This document shows, piece by piece, positions 12,876-26,854 of a stretch of DNA of 64,000 nt. Source of the DNA: Azolla caroliniana (lineage: Eukaryota; Plantae; Polypodiophyta); assembly GCA_043228905.1 (NCBI GenBank), contig JBHGNT010000008.1, forward strand, positions 18,848,001 to 18,912,000, in the 5' to 3' direction. The stretch's first letter is position 1. The number at the start of each line of letters is the position of its first letter. The notes below the pieces were generated by a model. That model made no database searches, was not told the DNA's origin, and was given only the letters and a program-made list of their open reading frames with translations. Both the position numbers and the translations under genes were made by a program.

Positions 12876-15800
12876 CACAGGCACGGAGGGACGACGGCGA
12901 ACAAGCCCGTGACCGAAGGCCTCTGGCTGGAAACCTATGTTTGTGGTGCGACGCAGTCGGCCACGTCCAGAAGGACTGCGGGGACTTCGCCGAGGCAATG
13001 AGAGCCAACGTGGTGTACCTATGGAACGGTCGGGTGCACGCTAGCGAGACCCAAAGGGCCCTGGACCTGAATGTCGGACGAGGGGGTATGAAACGACTGA
13101 TGGAAGAAGCGGAGGCTTGCCACGCGGAGACCGTCCACTACTCGGCGTCGGTTGGGATCCGGGTCGGAGGTGGTGAGGCCCGGAAGACGAACGAAACCGG
13201 ATTCTAGCCGCTGATGCTGGAAGGCCTTGTCGGCGCACGGCTAAGAAACGAGCGGACCGCGTGAAAAAACGAGTCTGGGAGGTAACCGAATGGAGCGACC
13301 CGGTCGAGGAGAAGACGGGCTTCGTTGAAGCCGCATGCCAGAACTACGAGGCTCTGGTGGAAGACAAGTGAGTAGGTAAAACCGGAGGGGCCGAGCCCTC
13401 GCAACGGTATGAGACCCGATTCGACCAAAGGCAGAATGAGGCCGGTGCGATCGGCGCACTGGATAAATCCAAGAAGGTCGGGTACCGGTTGAGCACGGAA
13501 ATCGAAAGGACCACGGACCTGCGAAGGGTCCTGGAGGAATGTATCCTCGACAGCAAAGTGGAACTGTCGCTGAGGGAAGTGCTCGGGATCGCCAAGAAGG
13601 AGTTCCACGACTCCATCGTAGACTTGGTGAGGAGGAAGAGGCTGTCGACAGAGCCAAAGCCGGAGAAGCCAGTGGAAGTGCAAACGACGCACATAGAGGA
13701 CATGGCGCTAGAAGACGAGTTGGCGGAGAGCTACTATTCGAGGCCGCACTGGGCCAGAGCGACCACGGAGACCCATGTTAAGGTTGGGGATGTCCAGGAG
13801 CCGGTGGTGGCGTTGGTGGACCACGGTTCAGAAATCAACTTGATGTTCATGGACTTCTACAAAAAGGGGAAACGGCCGATAACACCAAACACGGCTGGAA
13901 AATACGGGCAACGACGCGTGCCACGGAAGAACTACTTGGAGCCTGCCTGAATGTACGGGTGAAAATCGGCGATGTCGAGATCGACCAGCACTTCTTCGTG
14001 CAGGAGACGTCCTCACATCCGGTTATACTAGGAGAACCATACATCACGGCGGCACGGATGGAAACCAAGGTGCTGGACAACGGTTCGGCCTACGCAAGAG
14101 TCAAGAGCCAGGACGGGCGTCACTCGGTCCAGATCCTGATGGTGTGACCAAACCATGAGCGTAACCGCGAGACCCTCGGTGGCGAAACCAGCGGGGATTT
14201 TTAGAGAGGGCTATCAAGGCGTGGGGCCACGATAGTCCGGACACCCCGGAAAAACCCCACAAATGTATAGTACGGAAGAAGACCTGTACCATAGGTAGGA
14301 AATTTTGGTTCTCCGATAGCGGGGGTTGTATGATGGTCGGCGTCGTGGCCGAGAGAAGAAGAGGGCAGAGGAGCGACTTTGGGCATGCGGAGTCCTCGGC
14401 CCCAGAGAGGAAATCACCGGAACCGTGGAGGCGGTCTCTTTCGACGACACCTTGGGACAATTACGGGAAGTGGTCGGAGGAGGCCTTAAAGAGGACCGGA
14501 CGATTCCGGTATGTTCGGAAGGGATGTACGAAGTCATCGCCAACTTCTATAACGAGCTCGAGTCGGATCGGACGGCCCGCGTGGATACAAAGTACAAGAC
14601 TGTGGACCGGAAGGTGAGGCCAGTCGCGGCACCCTTGCCGGAGGGCAGCGAGGAGCGGATAAAAGGGGTCGCGTTGGACCCAAGTTTACGGAATCCAACT
14701 GACATAGGGCACCGGTTCACTGACATAACGCTACGGGAGCTCAAGGTCGGTGGGGGTGGCTTCCTACTGTCGGCGGAGGAGAACATGTTTCGGAGAATGC
14801 TCGGAAGGCATGGGAAAGCCTTCGCGTTCTCGCCGAAGGAGATCGGGTGCGTGAACTCGACGATCGTCGAACCGATGGTGATCTTCACGGTACCGCATGT
14901 ACCGTGGAATCTCAAACCGATTTCGGTGCCAAGAGCTCACATCCCGAAGTTGATGGAGCTTCTGAAGCAAAAGTTGGAGATGGGCATCCTCGAACCATCG
15001 AGTGCCCCATATTCGAATCGGTGGTTTACAGTGCCGAAGAAGAACCGCACGCTGCGCTTCATTCAGGACCTGCAACCGGTCAACGAGGTGACCATCCGTA
15101 ACGCAGGAATCGGACCAACCATAGACGAGTTCGCGGAGGCCTTCGCCGGAAGGTCGATTTACTCTGTCAGTGATCTGTACTCGGGGTATGGTCAGTTCCA
15201 ACTAGCCGTGGAGAGCAGAGACATTACGACAATGCGGACTCCTCTCGGCCTAGTGCGGATGTGTACCCTACCACAAGGAGGGATGAACTCGGTGGCTCAC
15301 ATGTTGAACGCGATGAACAAAGTGCTCAGGGATTGTATCCCGGACATCACCATGTCGTTCCTAGACGACATCCCGATCAAGGGATGCCTGGTGGAGGACA
15401 AGGACGAGACAATCGGATCGGACGAATGTCAGAAGTTCGTGGCGGCTCACGTCGATGACTGCGAGAAGGTGCTGTGGAGACTAGAAGCCACGAGGCTCAC
15501 CTTCTCCGGGGAAAAATCGGCCTTCGGGCAATCAGAGATCATGGTCGTCGGGCACCTATGCAGACCATACGGTCGGAAACCGTCTCCGGCCAAGGTGGAG
15601 GCCATCTCCGCGATGAAGCATGAATGCAATTCGGTTACGGAGGTTCGGAGATTCTTGGGAGCATGCGCGTTCTACCATACCTGGATCCCGCATTACGCCC
15701 ACGTCGTGGAGCCACTGTATGGGTTGCTGAAGAAAGGGCGTAAATTTGAGTGGGGAGACGAGCATACGGAGTCAGTCCGAAAGATGAAGGAAGCACTTGC

Positions 15801-18429
15801 CACGGCACCGGCGCTCTGAAAGTCTGTCTACGGCAAAGACACTTCGATTTACGTAACCATAGACACGAGTCCGACCAGGATTAGATGGGTGATCAACCAA
15901 GAGGATGACGTTGGCACGAGGTTCCCCATCCGGTTCGGCACGAAGGTCCTCAATAAGCGACAGCGAGGATACGCCCAGGTTAAACGCGAACTCTAGGGTA
16001 TCGTTTCGGCAGTGAAGGCCGACAAAGACTATCTGATCGGGACAGAGATGATAATCGAGACGGACTACCTGCCGATTCTCGGCATGGTTTCCGGATGCGC
16101 GACGTCGGACCTGGCAATGCTCAAGTGGATAGCGTACATCAAGTCCCTGAATCCGGAGATACGACACATTTCCGGAAAAGACAATGCCATGGCCGACATG
16201 CTCTCAAGGGCGAGGTTCGAAAACAAGGACGGCATGGTTTTGGAGGACGAGGAAGTCGGCGTAGATTTCTTCGAGGCGGCATACGTGGCAACCATAAAGG
16301 GGAGCACTCCGGCGTTTAACGAATTTGACGAGAGCAAGTATGATGGGGAGTGGCTCCGGATCGGCAGGCTCCTGAAAACAATGACACCGGACGCGGCGTG
16401 GACAAAGGAAGAGACCAACCGGATCCGGAAGAAAGCGTACCGATTCTTCCTTCAGGACGGGTACATATGGAAGCACCCGAAGAAGAGAAACGGCGTTCCG
16501 CTTCGGGTAGTGGCGGAGAAAGAAGAACAGGAGGAACTACTGGTGGCATTTCACGAGAGTCCCTGGGCTGGGCACCGCAGAACGTGGGCCACGTTCAAGA
16601 AGGTGAAGGAGAAGTACTTGTGGCCGGGGCTGTACCAGGACTTGCATCGGTTCGTAACGACTTGCGAAAGCTGTCAGATGCACTCTGTAGTTCGACATTG
16701 GGACAAGCTACACCCGACTTACCCGCTTGCGGTCCATTTCAAGTGGATGGTGGACCTGGTGACGATGCCGATGGGAGTAGGACAGATGTGGTACCTGGTG
16801 CTTGCGCGGGAAGACTTAACGAACCAGGTGGAAGGCCGTGCACTGCATAACAAGACAACCGCGGCGGTATGCCGGTTCCTGATCGAAGAGGTGGTGTGTC
16901 GGTACGGGTGCGTTGGGAGGATCGTGGCGGACCGGGGAGAGCTGGATGCGCGGGAAGCTGAGGAGTTGTTCGACCGGCTAGGGGTCAAACTCTCCCTCAC
17001 TACGGCGTACAATCCGGAGGCGAACGGGAAGGTAGAACGTGGACACGGGCCGATCATAAAGGCATTGGTGCGTGCATGCAGAGGGCAGGTCGGGAATTGG
17101 TCGCGGCTCCTTCCTTACGCACTATAGGCGGACCGAACTACACACAGTTCGGTGACAGGGTTCATGCCGGTAGAGCTGATGTACGGACAGAAGCCGATCA
17201 TGCCGATGGAACAGACGGTTCTTTCGTGGGCGGCGGTAGATTGGAAGGACGAGATGAGCCGGGAGGAGTTGCTAGCGGCGCGGATTCAGCAACTTGAGCG
17301 GAGGCTAAAGGACATGAAACGGGAGAAGGAAAAGTTGTGGGCAGCAAGGGAGCGTAACAAGACCCGGTTCGACCGGACGCACCGGTTGCGACCAAAGAAG
17401 ATCAAGGAAGGCGACTAGGTCCTAGTGTATGACAACAGCCTCGACAACCAACACATGGCAATGCAAAAGTTTGCACAGAGGTGGTCCGGGCCTTACGTGG
17501 TGACAAGCGCCAACGACAACGGGACCTACCATCTTGCGGAGTTCGACGGTATGAGGATGCCAATACCGGTAACGGGGAAGAGGGTCAAAGCATTTAAGAA
17601 ACGACACGAGTGCGAGCCGGATCTGGAAAGCATGGACAACAACGAAGGGCGGTCCGAGGCGGATGACGAACCGGAAGACGAGGAGTAAAGCCCAATTTTG
17701 GCGCATACCGGTGGACGCGCGGTTAGGTGGGGGCGGATGTTGTGAAGAAAACCGTCCCTAGGCGGAAACCGAGTTTAACATGTGTGAACCGGCCCTTACA
17801 CGCGAGCACACTTTTCGTTGTATAGTAGGTAGGTAGGTACAAGAAGGCTGAGGTGAAATCATAGGTAGCACGCATTCAATAGGGAGAGAATCGAATTGTA
17901 TCTCTATTCGAAAGGACAGAGAATTAATATGATGTAATGGATGATAACGGCCTCCCTCCTTGAGCTATAAAAGAGAGGGAGAGGAATGAAAAAGTATCGC
18001 GCGTTAGAGAGGACGAGGTGTTGCCGGACTGGGACCGAGCCCTTCTTCTCTGCCACTCTCCATAGCCATTTTCGCGCAGGCTTTTGGGAGGCTGACTCTG
18101 CTCCGTGGAATGCTCGTGTGCTTCCGACAGAGATTCCATCTCGCTCTTCTGTGTGTGTGGGTGAACAGGCGTCAGTGTCCGCCTTCCCGGCCTGTTAGTT
18201 GTAACCGTCTTGATACATATATACATTTATATACATACGTGTTCATATACTCGGACTTCGAGTCGTCTCGTTTGTTGTGATGTTGGACTGTGATTCCTGT
18301 GTGTTCCCGTCTCAGTGTGTGTGCAAGTGCGTCTGTTGCCTTTCCGTTCTCCTCCTTCTCAGCTATTTCTCGGTCCAAGGCCCCGGTGGTCCCGCCTCGT
18401 TCTCCACGCACGCGTGTAACAACGCGACA
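12876..18429 (+). mobile_element. Ylt1-like (non-chromovirus) Ty3/Gypsy element, 5'-truncated: gag knuckle, protease, RT, RNaseH, integrase, PPT, 3' LTR 17738-18429
   Basis: Knuckle CLWCDAVGHVQKDC, protease LVDHGSEINL, KYKTVDRKVRPV, RT PHVPW...QDLQPVN...DLYSGY...LPQG...FLDD, integrase HESPWAGH...CESCQ...DLV...DRG...PEANGKVER. PPT AGGTGGGGGCGGA. LTR TGTTGTGAAG...CGCGACA. The lineage call is from motif recognition only. Confidence 0.9.
13489..17688 (+). pseudogene. pol (PR-RT-RH-INT) of the Ylt1-like element, broken by a few stops and frameshifts
   Basis: Consecutive ORFs 13489-13950, 13959-14147, 14326-15819, 16012-17127, 17152-17418 and 17425-17688 in Gypsy domain order. Confidence 0.9.
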
Positions 18430-21400
18430 ACGCCAATTCTTGTCTTTCGCCGCTTCTGCGTAGCTCTCCGGCTCACACACTTCCGCCACTCGTGTCATGT
18501 ACGCATAATGGTGCGCCATGTATTCATTGTACCCGTATCTTTTTATGGGGTTTTTTAAGTGGGTAGATCAACATAATTCATGATTACCCGATTTCACAAC
18601 CTTTTCGGCCGATTTCGACCTCTTTCGCGGAGGTTCCTTCTCGATTGGCCCAAAGTCAGATTCGCTTCGATCTAACTCGGCACTGCCGAAATCGTATTCC
18701 GACATTTTCTTCTTCCCTTTTTCTTTACGCATAAACCATCTCCTCCGTTCTTTACACGGGGACAACACAACCGAGTCTCCACTACTCGCCGACTCTTCAT
18801 TTGGTTGGTCATCTCAACCCAACCCCTCATTCGGCCCACTTAGCCGAAATGAGATCAAACTCTCTGTCAAAGCTCTGATTTCCTCATCACGCGGAGGCAG
18901 CTCGGCCTTGATGACCTCTTCTTCAGAATTCAGAATGGAGTCATGAGGTATTGGAGGTGAAGGCAAGTACCACGAACCGGACTCGTTGAACACCACATCT
19001 CGGTTTACGCAAACTTCCTTTGTTCGGGGGTTATAGCACTTATACCCCTTCTGCTCGTCTAAATAGCCGACCAAGATACACTTCTCAGCTTTGGCATCTA
19101 GTTTCCTCCTCTTCTCCTTCGGCACATGCACATATGTAATGCTGCCAAAAATCCTCAAGTGTGCCAGGTTCGGCTTCTTCCCGAAATACAACTCATGTGG
19201 TGACACTCTTTGATTGGCAGAAGTCCGATTCTGCAAGTAAACAGTCGTCCTTACGGCTTTAGCCCAGTAAAACTTCCGCATGTGCTTCTCTTCAAGCATT
19301 GCCCTGGCCGCTTCTTCAATTGTCTAATTCTTCTGCTCGGTCATGTCATTCTACTGCGGCGTGTATCTACACGAGAATTCCGTTGAATTCCTTGCTTCTG
19401 TAGATAACTTGTGAACTGGTCAGAGAAGTACTCCTTCCTGCCATCGGACCATACACATTTGATCTTACATCTTGTTTCCCTTTCTACAAGGTTCCTTACC
19501 TTCAGGAAACATGCGAAGACTTCGCTCTTCTTTGCGATCGTACATGCCCAGGTATGCTGAGTGAAGTCATCGATGAAGGTTACGAAGTAACGGCTACAAC
19601 TGAGACTCACGTTCTGTGCCGGTCCCCACACATCTGAATGGATTAAGTCGAGCGGATTTCGACTCCGATTACGCTTGTTTGGGAACGGAAGTCGGTGTTG
19701 CTTCCTTAGTTGGCAGGTTTTTGCAGACTTGGCCATTCCAGCCACGAAATTTCGGCAAACCGAAAACAATGTTCTTCGTCAGCATTTCACGAAGCCGTGA
19801 GAAGTTAACGTGGCCGAACTGCTTGTGCCACAGGTCGATATCTGATTCGACCTTCTGTCCTTTCGTGAATAGCGCGGTTCTGACTTGTTTGGTGTCAAGG
19901 ATGAACATCCTTCCTTCACGGTGCCCTTGCGCGATTATCTTGCCTTCCTCTTCGATGTAGCACCCAAGATGTGTGAATCGAACTTGCATTCCCTGGTCGA
20001 CGATCTGACCAACCAACACCAGGTTCTTGGTTATTGTCGGGACGTGCAACACGTTCATGAGTTTCCCTTTCTGCCCGACGTGGCTGAGGGGAACTTCGCC
20101 GACATGTTCGATAGTATGTAGAGTGTTGTCTCCCGTTTCGACCACTCCTTTTCTTTCCAGTTTCTCCAAGTACAAGAACCATTCCTCATGACTCGTCATA
20201 TGATTTGACGGTCCGAAATCAACATACCACACCTTGCTCGATTTCGAGGTGTTCACAGCCATCGAATTGGCCTTGTGCTTCCTTACGAAGGCTTGACCCA
20301 ATCCATTTCCGGTTCGTTCAAAGCCTTCCGCGTAGTGCGACCTCTAACGCCTCTTTGCGTCTCTTCCGCTCAATCCAACTTTGTCTGAATCGGCTCTCTT
20401 CTTCCAGCACTCGCTCTCCCTGTGGACTTTCTTGCCACAGTACCAACATTTAGTCGCGACCTTATTGTGTCGGCTTCCGGCGCCGCTATGACTCCCCCTA
20501 CTTCCGGAGGGTTCGGAATTGCTTCTGGCATTTCGAGTATGCCGCACGTTCTGCTCTTTTCGGCCGCCTCCATTGCGTGCTGATCCCCTCATCCGCCACG
20601 ACCTTGGGGCCTATCTTCCTTCGTGTACAGCATCCTGTCCTCGGCATGCGTACTCGTTGACGCACCCGCGTGATTTTCCTCCACGAGCAACATCGACTGA
20701 AGCTCGAAGAACGAAGGCGTATTCTCCCTTAGACTGTCGTTCGGAATGCTCCGAACTTTTACAGTAACCATCCAAGACAAACTTGCACCATTTCGTCCTC
20801 CTCGACGTTCACGTTGACGGAGGCGAGATAGTCGTGGACCTCCTTGATTCGAGCCGTGTAATCAGCCACAGACAGATCTTTCTGTCGGACATTGCTGAGC
20901 TCCTGCCTAAGTTGTAGCTTCCTTGCCGTTGTGCTAGCGGTGAAAATCCCCTTGAGATTCGCCCACGTGTTCTTTGGTGTCTTAGCATCCCAAATGTAGC
21001 TCAAGAGTTGGTCGCTCACACAAGACACAAAGCAGTAAAGAACTCCGCTTGCCGCTTATTCCCAAGCCGAAAAATCTCTATGTGTCAATTCGGGTGTTGT
21101 ATCATTAGCTCCTTCGACATAACTCCAGTAACCATGACCAAGCAAGTACTAGTGCATCTTGTACGACCAAGATGCATAGTTGCTTCTGTCGAGCTTCTAA
21201 GTCGATAGCGAGCTTCCCATTCCTCTGTCCATATTGTTGTCTTATCCTTTCCGAAAACAATAACTTAACTTTGTCTCTATCGCAAGCTTTTCGATCGGCT
21301 ACAGAGGAGTCTCAACCCTCGCGCTCTGATACCATGTAAAAGAATACGTGTGCGGAAGCATATGCATAAGACACAGAGTACACAGTTCGGAAGTATGACA

Positions 21401-21752
21401 GTTCGGTAAAACACAGAAATCATAGAGAAGGAGAGGGAGAGACAGAGAGAGAGCAGAAACGAAACTATATTCAAAAAAATAATTCTCTGTATGTTCTCTT
21501 TATGTACTTTGTGCTCATTGAGCACCTTTTATACAAGCCCTAACTATTGGGCTGACACAAGGTTAGTACTTGACCGCTCATAAATGAGCCTACACTTACT
21601 CCCAAAATTATTGCTTACGAGGAATAACATTCTAACGGCCTCTCGGTTTATGCACCGCTACGGCCATGTTGTGCGTACGGTTTTACGCACCCAATCTACG
21701 CACTGGGTTACGCACCCGTTTACGCACCCAATGTTGAGCTTGTATCTCAACA
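18430..21752 (-). mobile_element. Ty1/Copia 5' half: LTR 21752-21335, iMet PBS, gag, protease, integrase; cut at 18430 by the Ylt1-like element
   Basis: PBS TGGTATCAGAGC on the minus strand (21334-21323). CWYCGKKVHRESEC, WYVDFGPSNHMT, IHSDVWGP, KLDAKAEKCILVGY. Confidence 0.92.
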
Positions 21753-21766
21753 CCCCCAATACTTGA

Positions 21767-23227
21767 AGATAGTGCACATCCCGACTATGTATGCAAATTG
21801 CATAAACCTCTATATGGCTTGAAGCAATCACCGCACCAATGGTATGCCAAACTCCATAACTTTCTCCTTCACAATGGTTTTATGCAACTACAATCAGAAC
21901 CAACATTGTACATCCGCAAGCAGGATTCCAATTTCCTCTTATTAGGAGTTTATGTGGATGACTTACCAATTGTTGGTACCTCCCTACATGACATTCTTCA
22001 ATTTGTCAAGGAGCCACAAACTTCCTTTCCCACCAAGGACCTTGGAGAGCTTAAATAATTTCTTGGTCTAGAAGTCAAGCGGAATCATAGTATGGGACTC
22101 CTCTCCATCTCCCAAAATAAATTAGTTGATGGTATTCTTCAAAAGTTTGATATGATGAATTGCTCCTCCATTGCTACTCCACTCATTGTTCCTTGTCATC
22201 TATCCTGACTCCCCCTCTATTCCTGAAGAAGTTGCTTTTACGAAAAATATACCATATCGCCAAATTTTTGATAGTTTGCGGTACTAAGTGAGTTGCGCCC
22301 ACCTTGACCTATTATTCTCCACAGGTTTTCTATCACGTTTTATGGAGCATCCTAGCCCCCATCATTGGGAAGCCTTGAAGCGTGTCCTCCGGTACTTAAA
22401 ATACACATGCGATATGACCCTCTCTTACAAAGACTTGCCGACCTTCTCTAATGGTGGAATGGTGGCTCCACGACATGGTTGGCCAGATGCAAACTGGGCA
22501 TCACTTTGAAGACAAAGAAACAATTTACGGTGGCATTGTCTTCCACAGAGGCTGAGTATATTGTTGACACCTTGGTCGCTAAAGAGGGACTTTGGCTAAA
22601 TTCCAATTTTGATGAGCTCAACATTATCCACATTAATGAGTTCTAGCTTTGTTGTGATAATAAGTCATGCATTACAATAGCACGAAATCCAAATATCGCT
22701 AAACAGAAGAATCACATTCAAGCCCACTATCATTTTTTCTGTGAATTATTTGAGGATGGTACCATTCGCCTTAATTATACTCCTACCTTCCACATGTGGG
22801 CCGATTTCTTGACCAAACTAGTGCCTGTTGTCAAACATTGGTCTTGTTGCCAACATGATAGCCTCAAATGTGGTTCTAGAGTTACGGGAGGGTGTTAGAA
22901 ACAACAAAACGATTTCAAAGCAACTACTTTTAGTTGCCACATTAACTCTACACCACATCTAGATTAATTGTACTATTATTAGATATTTTTGTTTCTTTTT
23001 CTATTAGTAACTGTATTTTTCAAACACATCCAACGTTCCCTCTACTTCCTCAGATATTATATAAGGAGGAAGCCAGGAATGTTAGGTTGTGGTATTTTTT
23101 TATGCTCTAGTTGTTGTAGCAATTAACTCTTGTAGTTGTATTCCAACATGTAATCCCATCTTATTATTTATTACATAACAATTGTAATTCTCCTTATTTC
23201 TATTCATGTGCCTCTTACTTCCTTACA
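21767..23227 (+). mobile_element. Older Ty1/Copia RT-RNaseH remnant with 3' LTR (22893-23227)
   Basis: LYGLKQSPHQW, LGVYVDDL, VALSSTEAEY. PPT ACGGGAGGG then TGTTAG...CTTACA. Confidence 0.85.
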
Positions 23228-23387
23228 TACTTATGGTCTCAAAGTTGGAATGAGCTTGTCCTCGTACGTTGGTCTAAAACATGGGAATTGTTTGATGGTG
23301 GTTATGGTCAAGTAGTTCACTCAACTTATATTCCTATGCCATGGTATTTGTTTTTGCTTCTCCCATGTAGGGTTTGCATTTAGTTAG

Positions 23388-23459
23388 TGTAAAGAAGAAG
23401 AGACGTAGGTGGTGTTGTACAATGGAAGCGAGCTCTTTGTGTGTGTGAGTGCACATAAG

Positions 23460-23515
<56 letters not shown>

Positions 23516-25043
23516 CGAACAAGAAGTTGTATTCATGGAAAACATAATATTACGTCCAACAGTTAGTAAGTTACAAAGAGTTGGTTTAAATACCAACTAG
23601 TCTAGGGCAAGTGCCATTTATACTAATTACAAAACTAGCCTGGTATGATGTCCATTGACTAGTGTGAACACTATCTCTATGGGAAGTTGAGTTCGATTCT
23701 CAACACTTCCATTCGAACACAACTTCTGGATGCCGAAAAGTTGGTTCGTTTCGATCATAAAATAAATTCGATTCGGTTGAATCGGCTTCGGCTTTCAAGT
23801 TAATTCGGTTGTTCGGCTCTGTTGCATGAATGGTTAGTCAAAATCAATTTCGACTGTGCAATTGCTTTGTGGTCCTTGTTCGGCTCGATTATCATCGTAC
23901 TTTGACTCCTCTAGTCTGCATCAATTGGCTAATCAGCTATTGTTCGACTTCGGCTATGGGTACTATACTCCCCCTCAAGCGCGGTTTATCGGTGATCAAG
24001 AAACCAATATTTGATGCGAACTACCGCAACTTGTCGATACGGATGGCTTTTGTGACGATGTCGCCCACCTGAAGATTCATGTTGATGTGTTGTAAATCGA
24101 CATCTCCAACCTGAATGCGCTCCCGTATGAAGTGGTAGTGCACTTCGATATGCTTAGTCCGTGCGTGGAACATGGGGTTCCGAGCCAAATAGATACTGCT
24201 CACGTTGTCATATTGAAGGATCTGGGCGTTCCCATCAAGGATCCGATTATCCTATACTACGACAACATGAGCAGTATCTACCTGGCTCGGAACCCCATGT
24301 TCCACGCACGGACTAAGCATATCGAAGTGCACTACCACTTCATTCAGGTGCGTGTTCAAGCTGGAGATATCGATTTACAGCACATCAACACGAATCTTTA
24401 GGTGGCCAACATCTTCACAAAAGCCCTCAGTATCAACAAGTTACGGTAGTTCGCGTCGAATCTTGGTCTCTCGAACACCGATCAACCGCGCTTGAGGGGG
24501 AGTACAGTAGCCGTAGCCGATCGGCCGATTGATGCAATCCAGAGGAGTCGAAGTACGATGATAATCAAGCCGAACAAGGAGCACGAAGCAATCACACAGT
24601 CGAAACCGATTTTGATTGACCATTTGTGCAACAGAGCCGAACAACCAAATCAATTCGAAAGCCAAAGCCGATTTAGCCAAATCGAAGTTTTTTGAAGATC
24701 GAACCGGACCAACTTTTCGGCATCCGAAAGTTGTGTTTGAAGGGGTGTGTTGAGAATCGAACTCAACTTCTCATAGAGATAGTGTTCACACTAGTCAATG
24801 GACATCATATTATGCTAGTTTTGTAATTAGTAGAAAGGGCACTTGCCCTAGACCAGTTGGTATTTAAACCAACTCTTTGTAACTTAGTAACTATTGGATG
24901 TAATATTATTTTTTCCTTGAATACAACTTCTTGTTCAAAGCTCTCTCTCTCTCTCTTGCCTTACGTGCATTCACACACACACACACACACACATAGAGCT
25001 CGCTTCCGTTGCAAAGCACCACCTATGTCTCTTCTTCTTTACA
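23388..25043. repeat. Fold-back inverted duplication of a Copia 3' end (RNaseH tail + PPT + LTR on each arm)
   Basis: Left arm 23388-24209 is the reverse complement of right arm 24261-25043, with a ~50-bp spacer. LTRs at 23388-23705 (-) and 24748-25043 (+). The same RNaseH peptide appears on both strands. Confidence 0.92.
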
Positions 25044-25071
25044 CGGTCGATAGCCGAATCAACCGAATTCG

Positions 25072-25510
25072 ATTAGGCTATATTTGTAAATAGCCAACAT
25101 GTTCCCATTGAGGCTATATTTGCAACTAGTCATTTAAGTGTATGAGTACAAATATAGTTAGGGCAAGTAGTTAAGGTGTGGTTCATCATTATTATTGAAA
25201 AGTTATTGTTGGTTGTTGCCTCTGTAATTAGAGAGAGAGAGAGAGAGAGTTGTAACTCTACAATCGTTTGTTTAGACAAAGAAGAACTCAAGGTTGGGGC
25301 CTTGAAGGTTCTTATTGTATCCCTCTTACTGTTTAGTGAGATAGTTCAGAGTCTTTGGGCTCCCATGGTTTTTTCACTTTTCGGGTTTCCACATTAAAAT
25401 ATCTTGTCTCTATGTTTCTACTTCTGTTTGTTTGTGTACTATCATTCACGACCTTTGCACCCATATTTGCATATGTATCAACCGGTTGTGGCCAGAGTCG
25501 ATTCTCAACA
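25072..25510 (+). repeat. Degenerate Copia LTR related to 59377-59906
   Basis: Shares TATTTGTAAATAGCC, GGGCTCCCATGGTTTT..GGGTTTCCAC and GGTTGTGGCC motifs; ends CAACA. Confidence 0.6.
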
Positions 25511-26686
25511 TAAAGATCATTTAATGGATATCACGATAAGAACAAACAATAATCATAACTACACGTTTACATATGCATTATAGTCCATAACATTAATGTT
25601 GGATAGTAAAAAATGGCCATGTATGAGAACCAATGGTTTTGCCTCCCATGGTTGATTGCCCATTATTGGTGATGTGGCCATTTATACACCCATATACAAT
25701 ATATGCACGATGAGCCAACATTCTTGGGTGTTTGGGGAGGCCAATTCACTTCCTTAATAACCCAATACAAAAGTTCCTATATCATTCCCAAGCACAAGAA
25801 GAAACCAATTGCATGATGTTCAAATCTCCATGACCGTGTTTTTCCGTGATTGTTATGGGTGGGGGATGGTGCGAAGAACAACTCCACCCCCCTCCCAAGG
25901 GGGTTTGAGAATGAGGGGGGAGAGGGAGAGAGAGAGACATAAAATGAGAGGGAGACACACCGTTGAGAGTAACTCACTATTATTCCTTCTTTTTATGCCC
26001 CATGGGTGGGGTTTATATAGTACAAAATCTGATCGTTACAAGACAATACAAAAAGCCAAAGGGGGGTAGTTACACCTACTTACCCCACTCTCTCACATTT
26101 GTACACATGCACACAAAAAGCCAAATGTGTATGTGTACATACACACTCTTCCTCACACTCACACATTACACCTTATACATTACACCCTTAACCCTCGTCA
26201 TGTACACCTATACGGGTAAACATGATTGAGGTGCAAATAAATCTAGCTTAGTTTTGTATCAAGATTACCATTGTGACATGTGGTTATCAAATAAAGAAGT
26301 TTTGGAGTTTCCAACTTGCAATATATATCATTTTCATAATAAAATATGGAACTCAAAAGCCTCAAATGCATCACTTCATTATCTTAGTTCACATTTCAAA
26401 GCTAACATTAGCTTGAGCACAAGGATGACAAGAGACCAATGTAAAGCACACAAAAAAGCATGTGATAAGCTCCCAACTAGGGTAAGGTCTGAAAGCATTG
26501 ACATTCAACAAGACTAAGTCAACTCTTAGTGTCACAATGGCAAGTAAGGAATACAAAGTGAACAACAAACAATACAAGGGAAATTTATGAAAATGCCCCC
26601 AAAATTCCATAAATATTCTTATTTGTCTCTAGTTTCCCTATAATTTGTAGACATGGATGATGATGATGATGATTTATTCTTTTTCG

Positions 26687-26734
<48 letters not shown>

Positions 26735-26854
26735 GTATATAGGTTTGCAACGAAGTCTAAAGTTGATAAGAATCTATTATTGCTAGTTGGGGGCCAAAGT
26801 GACCCATGGGATAGTACATATGTACCATCCCAATCACATAAGGTAGTTTTGGAC

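Noticed and set aside
14326-15819. Active or domesticated RT gene (497-aa ORF)
   Set aside because: It is flanked by in-frame stops and frameshifts in the same pol, and the 5' LTR is missing, so it is a decaying TE.
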